A stretch of 64,000 nt of DNA from contig JAJRUT010000056.1 in the NCBI GenBank assembly GCA_024277655.1, forward strand, positions 3,683 through 67,682. The letters are read 5' to 3'. Below are positions 48,774-59,947 of the stretch, one piece after another. The stretch is from Deltaproteobacteria bacterium. Lineage in GTDB: Bacteria; Desulfobacterota; Desulfobulbia; Desulfobulbales; SURF-16. The position numbers and the translations under genes were made by a program. Under the pieces are notes generated by a model. It made no database searches. It worked only from the letters and a program-made list of their open reading frames with translations, and had not been told where the DNA came from. Position 1 is the stretch's first letter, and every line of letters starts with the position of its first letter.

Positions 48774-50084
48774 ATGATTATCAAACCCATCAAAGCTACA
48801 ACGGACGCAGGCAAGGCAATCCTTGCTGGTCTCTACAATCGTTTTCAGCTAGCTGACCCAAAATGTCAGGAGATTGTGGCGGATATTTTGGACAATGTTC
48901 AACGCCGTGGTGACGAAGCGGTGCTGGAGTATTCCCGAAAGTTTGATTCCCCCGAGATGACCCTTGCCGCCATGAAGGCCAGTCAGGCTGAGATGGATGC
49001 GGCCTATGGTTTGGTTGATGATGAGATTTTGGGTTCTATTCGCCTTGCCAAGGAGCGTATCTTTGCCTTCCACGAGCGTGAGAAGGAAGATTCGTGGATG
49101 ATGACCAGAAAGGACGGTACCATCACTGGGCGCATGGTTCAGCCTGTGGCTTCGGCTGGGCTGTACGTCCCTGGAGGACAGGGCGGCAAGACGCCCCTTG
49201 TCTCATCGGTACTTATGAACGGGATTCCGGCGGTGATTGCCGGGGTGAAAAAGATGGTGATGGTCACTCCTCCCTCCGCCGATGGTTCGGTGAATCCGGC
49301 GCTTTTGGTGGCGGCGCAGGAGGTTGGCATTTCTGAGGTGTACAAGATCGGCAGTGCTTGGGCCATAGCGGCGCTGGCCTTTGGCACGGAGTCTGTGCCC
49401 AGGGTCGATGTGATTGTCGGCCCCGGCAACCAGTTTGTCGCTGAGGCCAAACGCCAAATCATGGGGCGGGTGCGGATTGATATGATTGCCGGGCCCTCCG
49501 AGGTGCTGATTATTGCCGATGCCAACGCCACCCCGGCCCACTGTGCGGCCGATATGTTGGCCCAGGCTGAGCATGATCCCCAGGCCTTGGCCATTCTTCT
49601 CACCACAAGTGCTGAGGTCGCGGAGGGGACGGTGCGCGAGCTTGAGCGCCAGTTGCCACTTTTATCCCGGGAGGATATTGCTCGAAAATCATTGGTTGAT
49701 CGCGGGGTTATTGTCGTGTGCGAATCGGTGGATGAATGTATTGGCTTTGCCAACGATATTGCCATTGAGCATCTGGAACTCATGGTGGCGGAACCCTTTT
49801 TACGCCTCGGCCAGATCGAACACGCCGGGGCCATTTTTCTGGGTGATTATTCCCCCGAGGCATGTGGTGATTACGTCGCAGGGCCAAACCATGTCCTGCC
49901 CACCATGGGTACGGCGCGGATTTCCTCTGCCCTCGGGGTTGAAACTTTTTTAAAGAAGGCCTCCATTATCGCCTACTCCAAAGAGGCGTTTATGGCGGAC
50001 GCCGAGCATATCCAGCGTCTGGCAAATCTGGAAGGACTCTCAGCCCATGCCAGGAGTGTGGCAGTGCGTCTTGGGAAAGAGTGA
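48774..50084 (+). CDS. hisD: Histidinol dehydrogenase
   Basis: GLYVPGG, GPGNQFV, IDMIAGPSE, QAEHD, EHLEL, GPNHVLPT. Confidence 0.96.
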   Translation: MIIKPIKATTDAGKAILAGLYNRFQLADPKCQEIVADILDNVQRRGDEAVLEYSRKFDSPEMTLAAMKASQAEMDAAYGLVDDEILGSIRLAKERIFAFHEREKEDSWMMTRKDGTITGRMVQPVASAGLYVPGGQGGKTPLVSSVLMNGIPAVIAGVKKMVMVTPPSADGSVNPALLVAAQEVGISEVYKIGSAWAIAALAFGTESVPRVDVIVGPGNQFVAEAKRQIMGRVRIDMIAGPSEVLIIADANATPAHCAADMLAQAEHDPQALAILLTTSAEVAEGTVRELERQLPLLSREDIARKSLVDRGVIVVCESVDECIGFANDIAIEHLELMVAEPFLRLGQIEHAGAIFLGDYSPEACGDYVAGPNHVLPTMGTARISSALGVETFLKKASIIAYSKEAFMADAEHIQRLANLEGLSAHARSVAVRLGKE

Positions 50085-50174
50085 TCTCAGTATCAGTGGT
50101 TTTCGGTCGACGGTTTAAGGATGGTACAGGATATAGCGGTGTGCTGGGTAGAACTTGCAGTTTACTCAGAGGAC

Positions 50175-50356
50175 GGGTTCAAGGTTTACACAAGTCCGCT
50201 TAAACTTGCAATTTCTTGATTTATAGGCATTTTTCGCCGTCACTAGTTGGATTATGCGAGTCCCTCGCAAAGACTGATCCAACCAGTGCCAACAAAAAAG
50301 ACCAAAAATGCTACGAAATTTCCAGAATGCCACTCCCTTGTGTAAACCTTGCACCC
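50175..50356. mobile_element. MITE-like element (182 bp)
   Basis: Terminal inverted repeats gggttcaaggtttacacaag / cttgtgtaaaccttgcaccc (19/20). An internal IHF consensus AATCAAGAAATTG lies on the minus strand. Confidence 0.6.
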
Positions 50357-50495
50357 TCGCATATAGCGAAGACTTCGAGATCCTAGTCTGACACCCCTGT
50401 GGCGAATAGGATTTATTGTTGGCTGTAGATTGTACGTCGTTGCCTGAAAGAACGCCGGACACCCCTTTTTAGGTTGAACAGGTGGATGATTACTG

Positions 50496-51146
50496 ATGAA
50501 TGGACTTGAATTTCTCCAGAATGAATGTAAAAGGGCCGGGTTTGCTCTTGATGACGCAGGTCTTTGTCTGGTCTATCGCTACGCCGAAGAGCTATTGAAA
50601 TGGTCAAAGAAGATGAACCTGGTGACGCGGGGTGATCTGCAAACCATGCTCACCGACCATGTCTTGGACTCTCTTTGTCTCTATCCATTGGTGCATAAAT
50701 CCTGTGACTCTCTCTTGGACGTTGGTACTGGGGCCGGTTTGCCCGGTCTTATTTTGGGAGCAGTCTGTCCGGAGATGCAGGTGACCCTTGTTGAGCCTCG
50801 GGCCAAACGGGTGTCGTTTCTGCGGCATGTGGTGCGGACGCTGAAACTTGTCAATATCAGGATTGTCCCCACTCGCCTTGAGCCGGGAATGGATATGGGC
50901 CAATTTTCCGGTGCTACTTCCAGAGCCTTTGCCGAGTTGGCACTTTTTCTGCCGTTGGTGGAGCCGTATCTTGTAGATAATGGTGTGGTATATTGCATGA
51001 AGGGAGCCAAAGGCGAAGAGGAATTTGCCAAATTTGAAAAAGAGAACCCGCAAACATCCTTGCAGTTTAAAGAAAAAGTGAAGGCAGCCTATCCGTTGGG
51101 GGAGCATGGGCGATGTTTAATGATGTTTGTAAAATATGAGAATTGA
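50496..51146 (+). CDS. rsmG: 16S rRNA m7G527 methyltransferase
   Basis: NLV, HVLDSL, DVGTGAGLPG, KRVSFL, SRAF, MKG. Confidence 0.92.
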   Translation: MNGLEFLQNECKRAGFALDDAGLCLVYRYAEELLKWSKKMNLVTRGDLQTMLTDHVLDSLCLYPLVHKSCDSLLDVGTGAGLPGLILGAVCPEMQVTLVEPRAKRVSFLRHVVRTLKLVNIRIVPTRLEPGMDMGQFSGATSRAFAELALFLPLVEPYLVDNGVVYCMKGAKGEEEFAKFEKENPQTSLQFKEKVKAAYPLGEHGRCLMMFVKYEN

Positions 51147-51196
51147 GAAACAGTGTTGTCTGGATAGAAGAAGATTTCTTCATATTGAATCCGGGC

Positions 51197-51236
51197 TTTT
51201 ATGCCCCTTTACTGCGCTTCATAAAGGGGCATAAAA
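51197..51236. terminator. Perfect 15-bp hairpin (terminator-like)
   Basis: ttttatgccccttta-N10-taaaggggcataaaa. Confidence 0.6.
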
Positions 51237-51334
51237 AACCTCGTGTAGATAGTAAAATTTCTGCTACACATTTTGGCAACCACCGATGGACACCGCCCCC
51301 CTATCACCTTAAACCTTCCCCCCCCCCTTAAAAA

Positions 51335-52849
51335 ATGATTGATATTAGTCAAGACCTGCGTCGATCAAAGGTCACCACTCCTGCCCTGATGTTTCAGGGA
51401 ACCTGCTCCAATGCCGGGAAATCCATTTTGACTGCTGCCCTCTGCCGTATTTTCTTGCAGGACGGGTTGTCCGTTGCCCCGTTCAAGGCGCAGAATATGT
51501 CGCTGAACTCCTATGTCACCCGCTACGGCGAAGAGATGGGCCGGGCCCAGGTGGTGCAGGCCCAGGCCGCGCGCCTTGACCCCGATGTGCGGATGAATCC
51601 GGTGCTGTTAAAGCCCTCTTCCGATACGGGCAGTCAGGTGATTGTTATGGGCAAGCCGGTGGCTAATATGAGCGTTGGCGATTATCTGCGCTATAAACCG
51701 GAGGTGTTTGGTCGGGTGCATGAGGCGTATGATTCCCTGGCCCGTGAGCATCAAGTTATGGTGCTTGAAGGGGCAGGTAGTCCGGCCGAGGTGAATCTCA
51801 AGCACCACGATATCGTCAATATGCCCATGGCGCGTTACGCAGGAGCCAAGGTGCTGCTGGTGGGGGATATTGATCGGGGTGGGATCTTTGCCTCTTTTGT
51901 GGGAACCATGGAGATTCTTGATGAGTGGGAACGGGATCTAATGGCGGGTTTTGTGGTCAATCGCTTTCGGGGCCAGAAGTCGCTACTAGATGATGCCCTG
52001 ACCTACATGGAGGACAAAACAGGCAAGCCTATGCTTGGTGTTATTGATTATTTGCAGAATCTTGGCCTGCCTGAAGAGGACTCGGTGAGCTTTAAGGCCG
52101 GTCTTTTTGAGGCACATTACTCGGACTCTGCCGAGGTTGATCTGGCCTTGATTGATCTGCCCCATATCTCTAACTTTACCGATTTTGAGCCGTTTATTGG
52201 CGAACCTGATGTGAATATCCGCTTGGTACAGCGGGGAGATGAGCTTGGCGAGCCGTCGGCCATTTTACTCCCCGGCAGTAAGAATGTTATGGCTGATGCG
52301 GTATTTCTCCACGAGTCGGGTCTTGCTGACCAGATTATGGCAAGGGCAGGTCAGAAGACCCCTGTGGTGGGTATCTGCGGAGGCTTTCAACTTCTCGGCA
52401 AGAGTGTCGCCGATCCCAACCAGATTGAGTCTACAGACGGTGTAGTTCAGGGTTTGGGGTTGCTGGAATTTGCCACGATCCTTGAAAAAGAAAAAACCCT
52501 CACCCTTAAATCAGGAGTTCATCTTGCTTCAGGTTGCGCTGTTCGCGGTTATGAAATTCATCATGGTATCAGCAGCGGTCAGCAAGAATCGTTGTTGCAG
52601 TTCACAGATGGAGAGCGGGCCGGGGTCTGTTCCGCTGATGGTCTTATCTGGGGCTCCTACCTGCACGGTGTTTTTGACGCCGACCCCTTTCGCCGCTGGT
52701 TTATTGATGGGTTGCGGCTAAGACAGGGGCTGGAACCACTTACAGAGGTGCAGTCCGGCTATGATCTGGAACCCGCCTTTGAGCGACTGGCTACGGCAGT
52801 ACGGGAACAACTGGACATGGATAAAATCTACACGATTCTCGGTCTGTAA
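51335..52849 (+). CDS. cobQ: Cobyric acid synthase
   Basis: QGTCSNAGKS, PFKAQNM, EGAGSPAE, GICGGFQ, YEIH, YLHG. Confidence 0.96.
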   Translation: MIDISQDLRRSKVTTPALMFQGTCSNAGKSILTAALCRIFLQDGLSVAPFKAQNMSLNSYVTRYGEEMGRAQVVQAQAARLDPDVRMNPVLLKPSSDTGSQVIVMGKPVANMSVGDYLRYKPEVFGRVHEAYDSLAREHQVMVLEGAGSPAEVNLKHHDIVNMPMARYAGAKVLLVGDIDRGGIFASFVGTMEILDEWERDLMAGFVVNRFRGQKSLLDDALTYMEDKTGKPMLGVIDYLQNLGLPEEDSVSFKAGLFEAHYSDSAEVDLALIDLPHISNFTDFEPFIGEPDVNIRLVQRGDELGEPSAILLPGSKNVMADAVFLHESGLADQIMARAGQKTPVVGICGGFQLLGKSVADPNQIESTDGVVQGLGLLEFATILEKEKTLTLKSGVHLASGCAVRGYEIHHGISSGQQESLLQFTDGERAGVCSADGLIWGSYLHGVFDADPFRRWFIDGLRLRQGLEPLTEVQSGYDLEPAFERLATAVREQLDMDKIYTILGL

Positions 52850-53814
52850 TGACAAACCATCTCCTGCATATTTTCCTTGCCCTTATTCTCGACCAACTAC
52901 TCGGTGATCCCCGCTGGTTTCCCCACCCTGTTCGCCTTATTGGCAGGTTGCAACTGCGCTGTGAAAGGCTGACGCGGGCCTATTTAAGCGCAAAGCTTGC
53001 AGGGGTTGTTACGCTTATACTCTCTTTAAGTGCTGTGATGATTGTGGTGGCCCTGTTACTCCTTGTTGCCATAGAGGTTCATCCTCTGGCCTATCATGCA
53101 ATGTCTGTTTTTTTGCTCTACACCTGTTTTGCCACCCGGGATCTGGCCCGGCATGGGCGCTGGGTGTACCAGGCCCTGCAAGAGGATAATCTTGATTTGG
53201 CGCGGACAAGGGTAGGCTGGATTGTCGGGCGTGACACCGCAGAGCTTGACCGGGCCGGGGTGACGCGGGCCGGGGTTGAAAGTGTGGCAGAGAGCCTAGT
53301 GGATGGGGTCACAGCCCCTCTCTTTTATGCCTTTCTGGGTGGGCCGATAGGCGCCATGTTTTACAAGGCGATTAATACCGGCGACTCCATGTTTGGCTAT
53401 AAGAATGATCGGTACCGGGAGTTCGGTTGGGCGGCGGCAAAACTTGATGATGTGGCAAACTTTATTCCGGCCCGTCTCACCGCCTGGTTTATTCCTGTCT
53501 CTGCCCTGATCCTTGGCCTAGATTTTAAAAATAGTCGCCGTATTCTCAAACGTGATTGTCGCAATCATGCCAGCCCAAACTCCGGCTACTCCGAGGCCGC
53601 GGTTGCCGGTGCCTTAGGTATTCAGCTTGGTGGCACCAATATCTATTTTGGTAAACCTGTACGTAAACCAACCATTGGTGATGTGGGGCAGGCAGTCAAG
53701 CCAAGGCACCTCTTGCAGACGATTCAGCTTATGGAGGTGACCACTCTGCTGGTGTTTGGCGTGGGTTGTGGTCTAGGCTGGTCTATAATGGTTCTGGGGA
53801 GCCATTTTCTTTGA
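52849..53814 (+). CDS. cbiB: Adenosylcobinamide-phosphate synthase CobD/CbiB
   Basis: GDP...HPV, VGRDT, ESVAES-x-VDG, DSMFGYKN, SPNSG. Confidence 0.95.
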   Translation: MTNHLLHIFLALILDQLLGDPRWFPHPVRLIGRLQLRCERLTRAYLSAKLAGVVTLILSLSAVMIVVALLLLVAIEVHPLAYHAMSVFLLYTCFATRDLARHGRWVYQALQEDNLDLARTRVGWIVGRDTAELDRAGVTRAGVESVAESLVDGVTAPLFYAFLGGPIGAMFYKAINTGDSMFGYKNDRYREFGWAAAKLDDVANFIPARLTAWFIPVSALILGLDFKNSRRILKRDCRNHASPNSGYSEAAVAGALGIQLGGTNIYFGKPVRKPTIGDVGQAVKPRHLLQTIQLMEVTTLLVFGVGCGLGWSIMVLGSHFL

Positions 53815-53819
53815 TATTT

Positions 53820-54500
53820 TTATCTTTTTCCTTCCTTGCTTAAGGCTCCCAGAAAGGGGCTGAATAGTTCATCATACTGGCGGAATGATTTCTTTAAAAT
53901 AATAGGGAAATCGGCTAGCTCTGACTCGTTGACCACAAGGTTTGCGCTGTTGATTAGAGCCTCAAGGTTATACAGGGTGTGGAAATCGGGGCCAATCAGG
54001 GTGTAATAGATGTAGCGCCGTTGCACCATGGGTAGCTCACACATGTGTTGGTGAAAGGTGGAGTCAATCAACATCCCCTCATATTGGCTATGGAGGACTA
54101 TGGCGGCGTATTCTGCAAAGCGCATCCGCCTGATGGCATCTTCCGGTGATTCTGGGAAAACCGGTTTATACCCCAGTCCTTCGTAAACCGTGGCGATGGA
54201 GTTTCTGGCAGGATGGGTATTGGGCATAAGGATCATCACCAGTGAAAAATCGTCTAACACCTCTTTGTCGGCGATGGTTCCAGTGCGTAGCCAGTTGAGG
54301 CTTGGCGGTTGCGGGATGTTCGGGTCAATTTCGTGGGGCGCTTGCTGATTTGGCTCAGATGAAATCTCCACCTGTTGTTTACAGGTGGGACACGAGAATT
54401 TGAGACTCTTGCCAATGGCAAGCGAGGCGTGGGCCTCTTCTATTTTTTGAATATGGCTGGGACTAAAGGCGTGGTGACAATGGGGACAGTTTTCAATCAT
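53820..54500 (-). CDS. Zinc-ribbon domain protein
   Basis: CPHC...CPTC N-terminus. Lies downstream of the PilT/U gene. Confidence 0.65.
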   Translation of the reverse strand: MIENCPHCHHAFSPSHIQKIEEAHASLAIGKSLKFSCPTCKQQVEISSEPNQQAPHEIDPNIPQPPSLNWLRTGTIADKEVLDDFSLVMILMPNTHPARNSIATVYEGLGYKPVFPESPEDAIRRMRFAEYAAIVLHSQYEGMLIDSTFHQHMCELPMVQRRYIYYTLIGPDFHTLYNLEALINSANLVVNESELADFPIILKKSFRQYDELFSPFLGALSKEGKR

Positions 54501-54565
54501 GGCAAGGCTCGTCTGCTAAGGTTCTGATGAATAGTGTTGTTCTAAGTCCTGAGGCGGTCTGATTT

Positions 54566-55747
54566 CTAGGAAAAACCATCATTTTTGCCATAGGTTGATT
54601 CCTCCTGCATAGCCAGTCCGGTAATAGAGGTGGTGGCTTCTCCCTGGGAGGCCTTGATCTGGTCGAGACCCCGGCCCATGACGTTGGTCTGACTACAATA
54701 GGCCAGGGCATCCTCTGCTGAAACTACGCCTTGTTCAAATAAGCTAAGAATATGTTGGTCAAAGGTGGTCATACCATGGGCTATCCCATCAGTAATAATA
54801 TTATAAAAGGTCTTATCTTCTGTCTCGCCATTTAAGATGAGATCACGGCTACGCAGGGTGAGTTTCAGGATCTCAAAAGAGGCTACTCGCCCGCCACCTA
54901 TTTTAGGGAGCAGACGCTGGCCAACAACCCAGCGCAGGGTATCCGCCAAACGGTTTCTGATCTGGGGCTGTTCTTCATGTTCAAACATGCCGAGGCACCG
55001 GTTGATGGTGGCACCGGCATCAATGGTGTGCAGAGTGGAGAGGACAAGGTGACCTGTTTCAGCTGCGGTGAGACCAATCTCCATGGTTTCCCGGTCGCGC
55101 ATCTCACCAACCAAAATAACCTTCGGTGCCTGACGCAGGGCGGCGCGCAGACCATTGGAAAAGCTGTCAAAGTCCTGACCGAGTTCCCGTTGGTTAAAGG
55201 TGGCCTTATGGTGGGGGTGGACAAATTCTATGGGATCCTCAAGGGTAATAACGTGGGCGGCCCGTTCGCGGTTTATCTTCTCAAGCAGGGCGGCCAGCGT
55301 CGTTGATTTACCAGAACCTGTAGCACCGGTAACGAGAATAAAACCATTGAGCTCTTTTGCCATCTCATGCATGGCAGGAGGCAGGTTCATCTCATCAATG
55401 GTTGGGATAACGGTGGGCAGTTTCCGTAAGACGATGGAGTAATTGCCCCGTTGTGAGAATATATTGACCCTGAATCTGGCCCGCGACCCCAGGCGGTAGG
55501 ATAGATCACAGGAGCCAGTCCTTGCGAGATCGGCAAGAAGTCGTTTGTTGCCGGAGATAAGATTGAGGGCAAAAATCTCGGTCTGAAATGAGGTCAGCTT
55601 CACCACATTTGGTTCAACCTTGACGGGGATAAGCTTACCCGAATATTCGACCTGTAGCGGTTTGTCCACTGTGATATTGAGATCTGAAACACCATCACCC
55701 ATATCCAGCATGGTGTTGATCCAGTAATCAATTTCTGTTTGTTTCAT
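54566..55747 (-). CDS. PilT/PilU family type IV pilus ATPase
   Basis: GATGSGKSTT, EDPIE, QRELG, ALRQAP, GEMRD, AAETGHLV. Confidence 0.92.
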   Translation of the reverse strand: MKQTEIDYWINTMLDMGDGVSDLNITVDKPLQVEYSGKLIPVKVEPNVVKLTSFQTEIFALNLISGNKRLLADLARTGSCDLSYRLGSRARFRVNIFSQRGNYSIVLRKLPTVIPTIDEMNLPPAMHEMAKELNGFILVTGATGSGKSTTLAALLEKINRERAAHVITLEDPIEFVHPHHKATFNQRELGQDFDSFSNGLRAALRQAPKVILVGEMRDRETMEIGLTAAETGHLVLSTLHTIDAGATINRCLGMFEHEEQPQIRNRLADTLRWVVGQRLLPKIGGGRVASFEILKLTLRSRDLILNGETEDKTFYNIITDGIAHGMTTFDQHILSLFEQGVVSAEDALAYCSQTNVMGRGLDQIKASQGEATTSITGLAMQEESTYGKNDGFS

Positions 55748-55839
55748 AGAAAAATCCTGATTTTATTTTATGGCTCTGCAGTAATCGCGACCTCTTTCAA
55801 GGTGGTTATAATTCTACAGGGAACGGTTAATAATCACAA

Positions 55840-57003
55840 TCATTTGGGTAGTAAAACCCGCAGGCAGCCATTCTCTTGCATTTCTCCGGCCATTATTTCG
55901 GCTATTCTGCCTCGGCCCATGAAAAGATCCACCCGACTGCGCCCCTTAATCGCGCTACCACTGTCCTGGTTTAACATAAAACGACTAAACTCCCGCCGGT
56001 GGAACGGGGCTCTTTCTTTATGTTGCTTAAGTGTGGTAACCGGTAGGGTGCCCTGCAGGTGAAAGAGAAGCCCCTGGGGGTAAAGATCAGGGTCAAGGGC
56101 AATGGAACGGTTGGGGGTGAGGGGGATATTAAAACTGCCGGTTGGGGACTCTGGCTCATGATTTGGCTTATCCATGGTGAAGTAGATAAAACGGGCATTG
56201 TTTTGCAGGAGTTCAGCTGTTTTTTTAGGGTTTGTTTCGGTGTAGTCCTTAATGGCTTGCATGGACATCTCCTCGCGCCTTATGATGTTTTGGTCAATCA
56301 GTACACGGCCAACGGAGGTGTATGGATGACCGTTACTCCCCTGGTAATGAATTTGGCGCTTGCTACCATCGGCAAAGGTGAGAATGGCAGAACCCTGGAT
56401 ATGGATGGTAAAAGCGGTGAAGGGATCTTCCAAAAAAACCAGCTCATCGCCCTGTAAAATATTGGAGGTTTCAATGGTTTTCCGGGAAGATTTGAACCGT
56501 TGCAATCTTCGGCCTTGGGGCATGGTGTAGAGGGGGGTTGGAAACTGTTTTGTTTTACTGAGGCTTGCTGGCACAGTTGGCTCATAATAGCCGGTAATTA
56601 GAACCGGGGTTGGGGTGCAGAAGGTAAAGTTGTTGTTAATGTAGGTGGAAATTTCACTATCGGTGTGGGTGGGGATATATACCTGTAGCCCGTTATATGC
56701 CTGAATGAGGGCAGGGGTTAAGATGGTTTGCCCGCAGACCTTTAGCTGCTTGGCTGCTGTGCTTTGCAATCTTTTGATATTTGTAGCCAGGCTCCCTGCG
56801 AGATTTTCATAAAATAGGTCATCACAGCAGGTTCTGGGGTTGTCCGGTTGCCATGGATCCTGGCATTCTTCTGCTACTGTTTGCTGGGCCAGACAGGTGA
56901 GGAGGAGCAGGAGGAGGTTAACCCCTGTTAAGAGTCCAACGTGTCTGGTTGTTTTTACGACCATTTTTATCTTGACCTGAAGGGGGGAGATTGGTACTCG
57001 CAC
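55840..57003 (-). CDS. mltA: MltA-family lytic murein transglycosylase
   Basis: TGYYEP, IQGS, NGHPYTSVG, SIALD, QDSGSAIKG, VDLF. Start uncertain. Confidence 0.88.
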   Translation of the reverse strand: MRVPISPLQVKIKMVVKTTRHVGLLTGVNLLLLLLTCLAQQTVAEECQDPWQPDNPRTCCDDLFYENLAGSLATNIKRLQSTAAKQLKVCGQTILTPALIQAYNGLQVYIPTHTDSEISTYINNNFTFCTPTPVLITGYYEPTVPASLSKTKQFPTPLYTMPQGRRLQRFKSSRKTIETSNILQGDELVFLEDPFTAFTIHIQGSAILTFADGSKRQIHYQGSNGHPYTSVGRVLIDQNIIRREEMSMQAIKDYTETNPKKTAELLQNNARFIYFTMDKPNHEPESPTGSFNIPLTPNRSIALDPDLYPQGLLFHLQGTLPVTTLKQHKERAPFHRREFSRFMLNQDSGSAIKGRSRVDLFMGRGRIAEIMAGEMQENGCLRVLLPK

Positions 57004-57130
57004 AGTTGTATGTTTTGTGATTTACTGTTAGGACAGCCACGAATAAATAATAGCACAAGGTTCTCTTTTTACCACCTCTTTAAACCGGTGGAGAGATGGC
57101 TTTTATCACCCCTTACTTAACGTTGGAGAC

Positions 57131-59116
57131 ATGATGAGCGCTGATAATAAAATTGAAAGTATGATGACTGAAAATCGCATTTTCGAACCATCCAAGGACG
57201 CTGCCGCCACTGCCCATATCAAGAGTATGGACGAGTATAAGGCGATTTACAAACGCTCCATCGAAGATCCGGAAGGTTTTTGGGCGGAGCGGGCAAGTGA
57301 GCTGATTACCTGGGATAAGCCGTGGGATACCGTCCTTGATGCCGATATGATTACCCCTGATATTAAGTGGTTCGATGGCGCTAAACTCAATGTTTCCACC
57401 AACTGTCTGGATCGGCATTTAACTGATGGTCGGCGCAATAAGGCGGCCATCATTTGGCAGGGTGAACCGGAAGAGGATGTGCGGATATTCACCTATCAGA
57501 TGCTTCACCGTGAGGTCTGCCGCTTTGCCAATGTCTTAAAATCCCACGGGGTTAAACGTGGTGATCGGGTGGCGGTGTATTTACCCATGGTTCCCGAGCT
57601 TGCCATTACGCTTCTGGCCTGCACCCGTATCGGGGCGATTCACTCGGTGGTTTTTGCCGGTTTCTCGGCCCAGTCTCTGCGTAGTCGGGTTCAGGATTGC
57701 GAAGCCAAGGTCGTGGTTACTGCTGATGCGGTTATTCGGGCCGGGAAGTCTATTCCTCTCAAGAAAAATGCTGATGAAGCCCTGGAAGATTGTGATTCAG
57801 TTGAAAAATGTATCATAGTTAGTCGCGCTGGCCTTGAAGTTTCAATGCAGGATGGCCGCGATTTTTGGTGGGACGATGTTGTGAATGCTGACGGGATCAC
57901 CGATGATTGTCCGCCAGAATCGATGGATGCCGAAGATGATCTGTTTATTCTCTACACCTCAGGCTCAACAGGTAAGCCCAAGGGGGTAGTTCACACCACT
58001 GGTGGCTATCTTACCTATGTGGCCCACACCAGCCAATGGGTTTTTGATCTGAAGGATGATGATGTATATTGGTGTACTGCCGATATCGGCTGGATCACCG
58101 GTCATTCTTATATTTTATATGGGCCTCTCGCCTTAGGGGCAACCTCGCTTATGTTTGAAGGTGTTCCCTCATATCCGGGGCCGGATCGTTTCTGGAAGAT
58201 TGTCGAAAAATTCAAGGTTAATATCTTTTACACCGCACCAACCGTTATTCGGGCCCTTATGCGTGATGGAGAGGAACCAACCAGGAAGTATGATCTCTCC
58301 TCCCTGCGTCTCTTGGGTTCTGTGGGGGAACCCATCAACCCCGAGGCATGGATGTGGTATCACACCAATATCGGTGGCGGGAAACTGCCCATTGTCGATA
58401 CTTGGTGGCAGACCGAGACTGGCGGTATCATGATGTCGCCACTGCCCTTTGCCACCCCGCTTAAACCCGGCTCCTGCACCTTACCACTGCCCGGGATTGA
58501 TGTTGCCGTTTTTGATGAAGAGGGTAATGAGGTCGGGCCAAATGAAGGGGGGAGCCTGGTTGTCCGGCAGCCATGGCCCGGCATTCTCCGGGGTGTCTTC
58601 GGGGATCCTGAACGTTATAAGAAGACCTATTTTTCCAAGTTTGAGGGGATGTACGATCCTGAAGACGGGGTTCGCCGCGATGAAGATGGTTATTTTTGGA
58701 TCATGGGGCGTCTTGATGACGTGATTAATGTTTCCGGTCATCGCCTTGGCACGGCCGAGATTGAATCGGCCCTTGTTAGTCATGCAGCCGTTGTTGAGGC
58801 GGCGGTTGTCGGCGCACCACATCCGATTAAAGGTCAGACTATCTACTCCTTTGTGTCACTTAAAGCTGGAATTGCAGGGACGGATGAACTGGCTAAGGAG
58901 CTACGGATGCATGTCCGTAAGGAGATTGGCCCCATTGCCAGCCCTGAATTTGTGCAATTCGCCGATGGCTTGCCAAAGACCCGGTCCGGTAAGATCATGC
59001 GCCGTATTCTGCGGAAGATTTCGGCCGATCAGGATGATTTCGGCGATACCTCCACCCTTGCCGATCCTGCTGTCGTTGATGTTCTGGTGGCTGGAGCGCA
59101 GGCGCTGAAAAAATAA
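57131..59116 (+). CDS. acs: Acetate-CoA ligase
   Basis: [36 protein letters not shown]. Confidence 0.97.
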   Translation: MMSADNKIESMMTENRIFEPSKDAAATAHIKSMDEYKAIYKRSIEDPEGFWAERASELITWDKPWDTVLDADMITPDIKWFDGAKLNVSTNCLDRHLTDGRRNKAAIIWQGEPEEDVRIFTYQMLHREVCRFANVLKSHGVKRGDRVAVYLPMVPELAITLLACTRIGAIHSVVFAGFSAQSLRSRVQDCEAKVVVTADAVIRAGKSIPLKKNADEALEDCDSVEKCIIVSRAGLEVSMQDGRDFWWDDVVNADGITDDCPPESMDAEDDLFILYTSGSTGKPKGVVHTTGGYLTYVAHTSQWVFDLKDDDVYWCTADIGWITGHSYILYGPLALGATSLMFEGVPSYPGPDRFWKIVEKFKVNIFYTAPTVIRALMRDGEEPTRKYDLSSLRLLGSVGEPINPEAWMWYHTNIGGGKLPIVDTWWQTETGGIMMSPLPFATPLKPGSCTLPLPGIDVAVFDEEGNEVGPNEGGSLVVRQPWPGILRGVFGDPERYKKTYFSKFEGMYDPEDGVRRDEDGYFWIMGRLDDVINVSGHRLGTAEIESALVSHAAVVEAAVVGAPHPIKGQTIYSFVSLKAGIAGTDELAKELRMHVRKEIGPIASPEFVQFADGLPKTRSGKIMRRILRKISADQDDFGDTSTLADPAVVDVLVAGAQALKK

Positions 59117-59140
59117 CCATTTTTCTTTAGCACTGGAAGT

Positions 59141-59181
59141 AAAAAAAACCTGTGTCGCTTGAGTGATACAGGGTTTTTTTT
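59141..59181 (+). terminator. Intrinsic terminator
   Basis: aaaaaacctgtgtc...gatacagggttttttt. Confidence 0.75.
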
Positions 59182-59287
59182 GTTTTTGGCGGAACAATTA
59201 AGCGCCACATTGGTATATCGTGGTACATAGTAGGGCTCGGAGTTTTGAGTTGGTTTATGGCCTTAATCTTTAAATGTAGAAAACGCG

Positions 59288-59947
59288 ATGACAACGTGGC
59301 AAATAAAAAATAGGGGTATGGACTTGCAGCCACCCCTCGTGGTTCTTCCCGGTTGGGGGTTTACGGGGGCAGTGTTTACTGAACACCCGGTCTTTTCCTC
59401 GGAAAACCTGATCACCTGCATGGACTTTCCTACCCCCTTGATGCTGACGGAGTTGCTTGATTTTTTAGACGCCAGGCAGATTGATAGAGTGCGGGTTTTG
59501 GGCTGGTCAATGGGGGGGAATCTGGCTATTGATCTGGCCCTTAAGCACCCACAATATATCGCATCCCTTACGCTTGTGGCGGTGCGCCGGAGTTGGCCTG
59601 GTGATGAGGTTGCTGTTACCAGGCAAGGGTTGTTGGTACCGGAACAGGGGCTGGTAAAATTCCACAGGAAATGTTTTTTAGGGGCGAAAAAAGAGTATAA
59701 CCGGGTTCTGCCTCTACTTACCCTGCCGGAGGGTGAGGCAGAGCTTGCCGTTCTTGATGGCGGCTTGGCGTATCTTGCCTCCTACGCCATGCCTAAATCC
59801 CTGCCGTTTCCAGTGAAGATCATTCAGGGCGATAAAGATGTTGTTTGTCCCCAGTCTGAAATGGTAAAGTTTGCCTCAAAAACGGAAACGCTCATCCTGG
59901 CCGGGGCGGGACATTTCCTCTTCTCTCATCCTGAGTTTACGCTATGA
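59288..59947 (+). CDS. Alpha/beta hydrolase, BioH-like pimeloyl-ACP methyl ester esterase
   Basis: PGWG, GWSMGG nucleophile, D and GH catalytic positions. Coupled to bioC. Confidence 0.75.
   Translation: MTTWQIKNRGMDLQPPLVVLPGWGFTGAVFTEHPVFSSENLITCMDFPTPLMLTELLDFLDARQIDRVRVLGWSMGGNLAIDLALKHPQYIASLTLVAVRRSWPGDEVAVTRQGLLVPEQGLVKFHRKCFLGAKKEYNRVLPLLTLPEGEAELAVLDGGLAYLASYAMPKSLPFPVKIIQGDKDVVCPQSEMVKFASKTETLILAGAGHFLFSHPEFTL

Noticed and set aside
51147..51334. Cobalamin riboswitch before cobQ
   Set aside because: No B12-box or GGGAA core is recognisable, only a simple hairpin and a C-tract.
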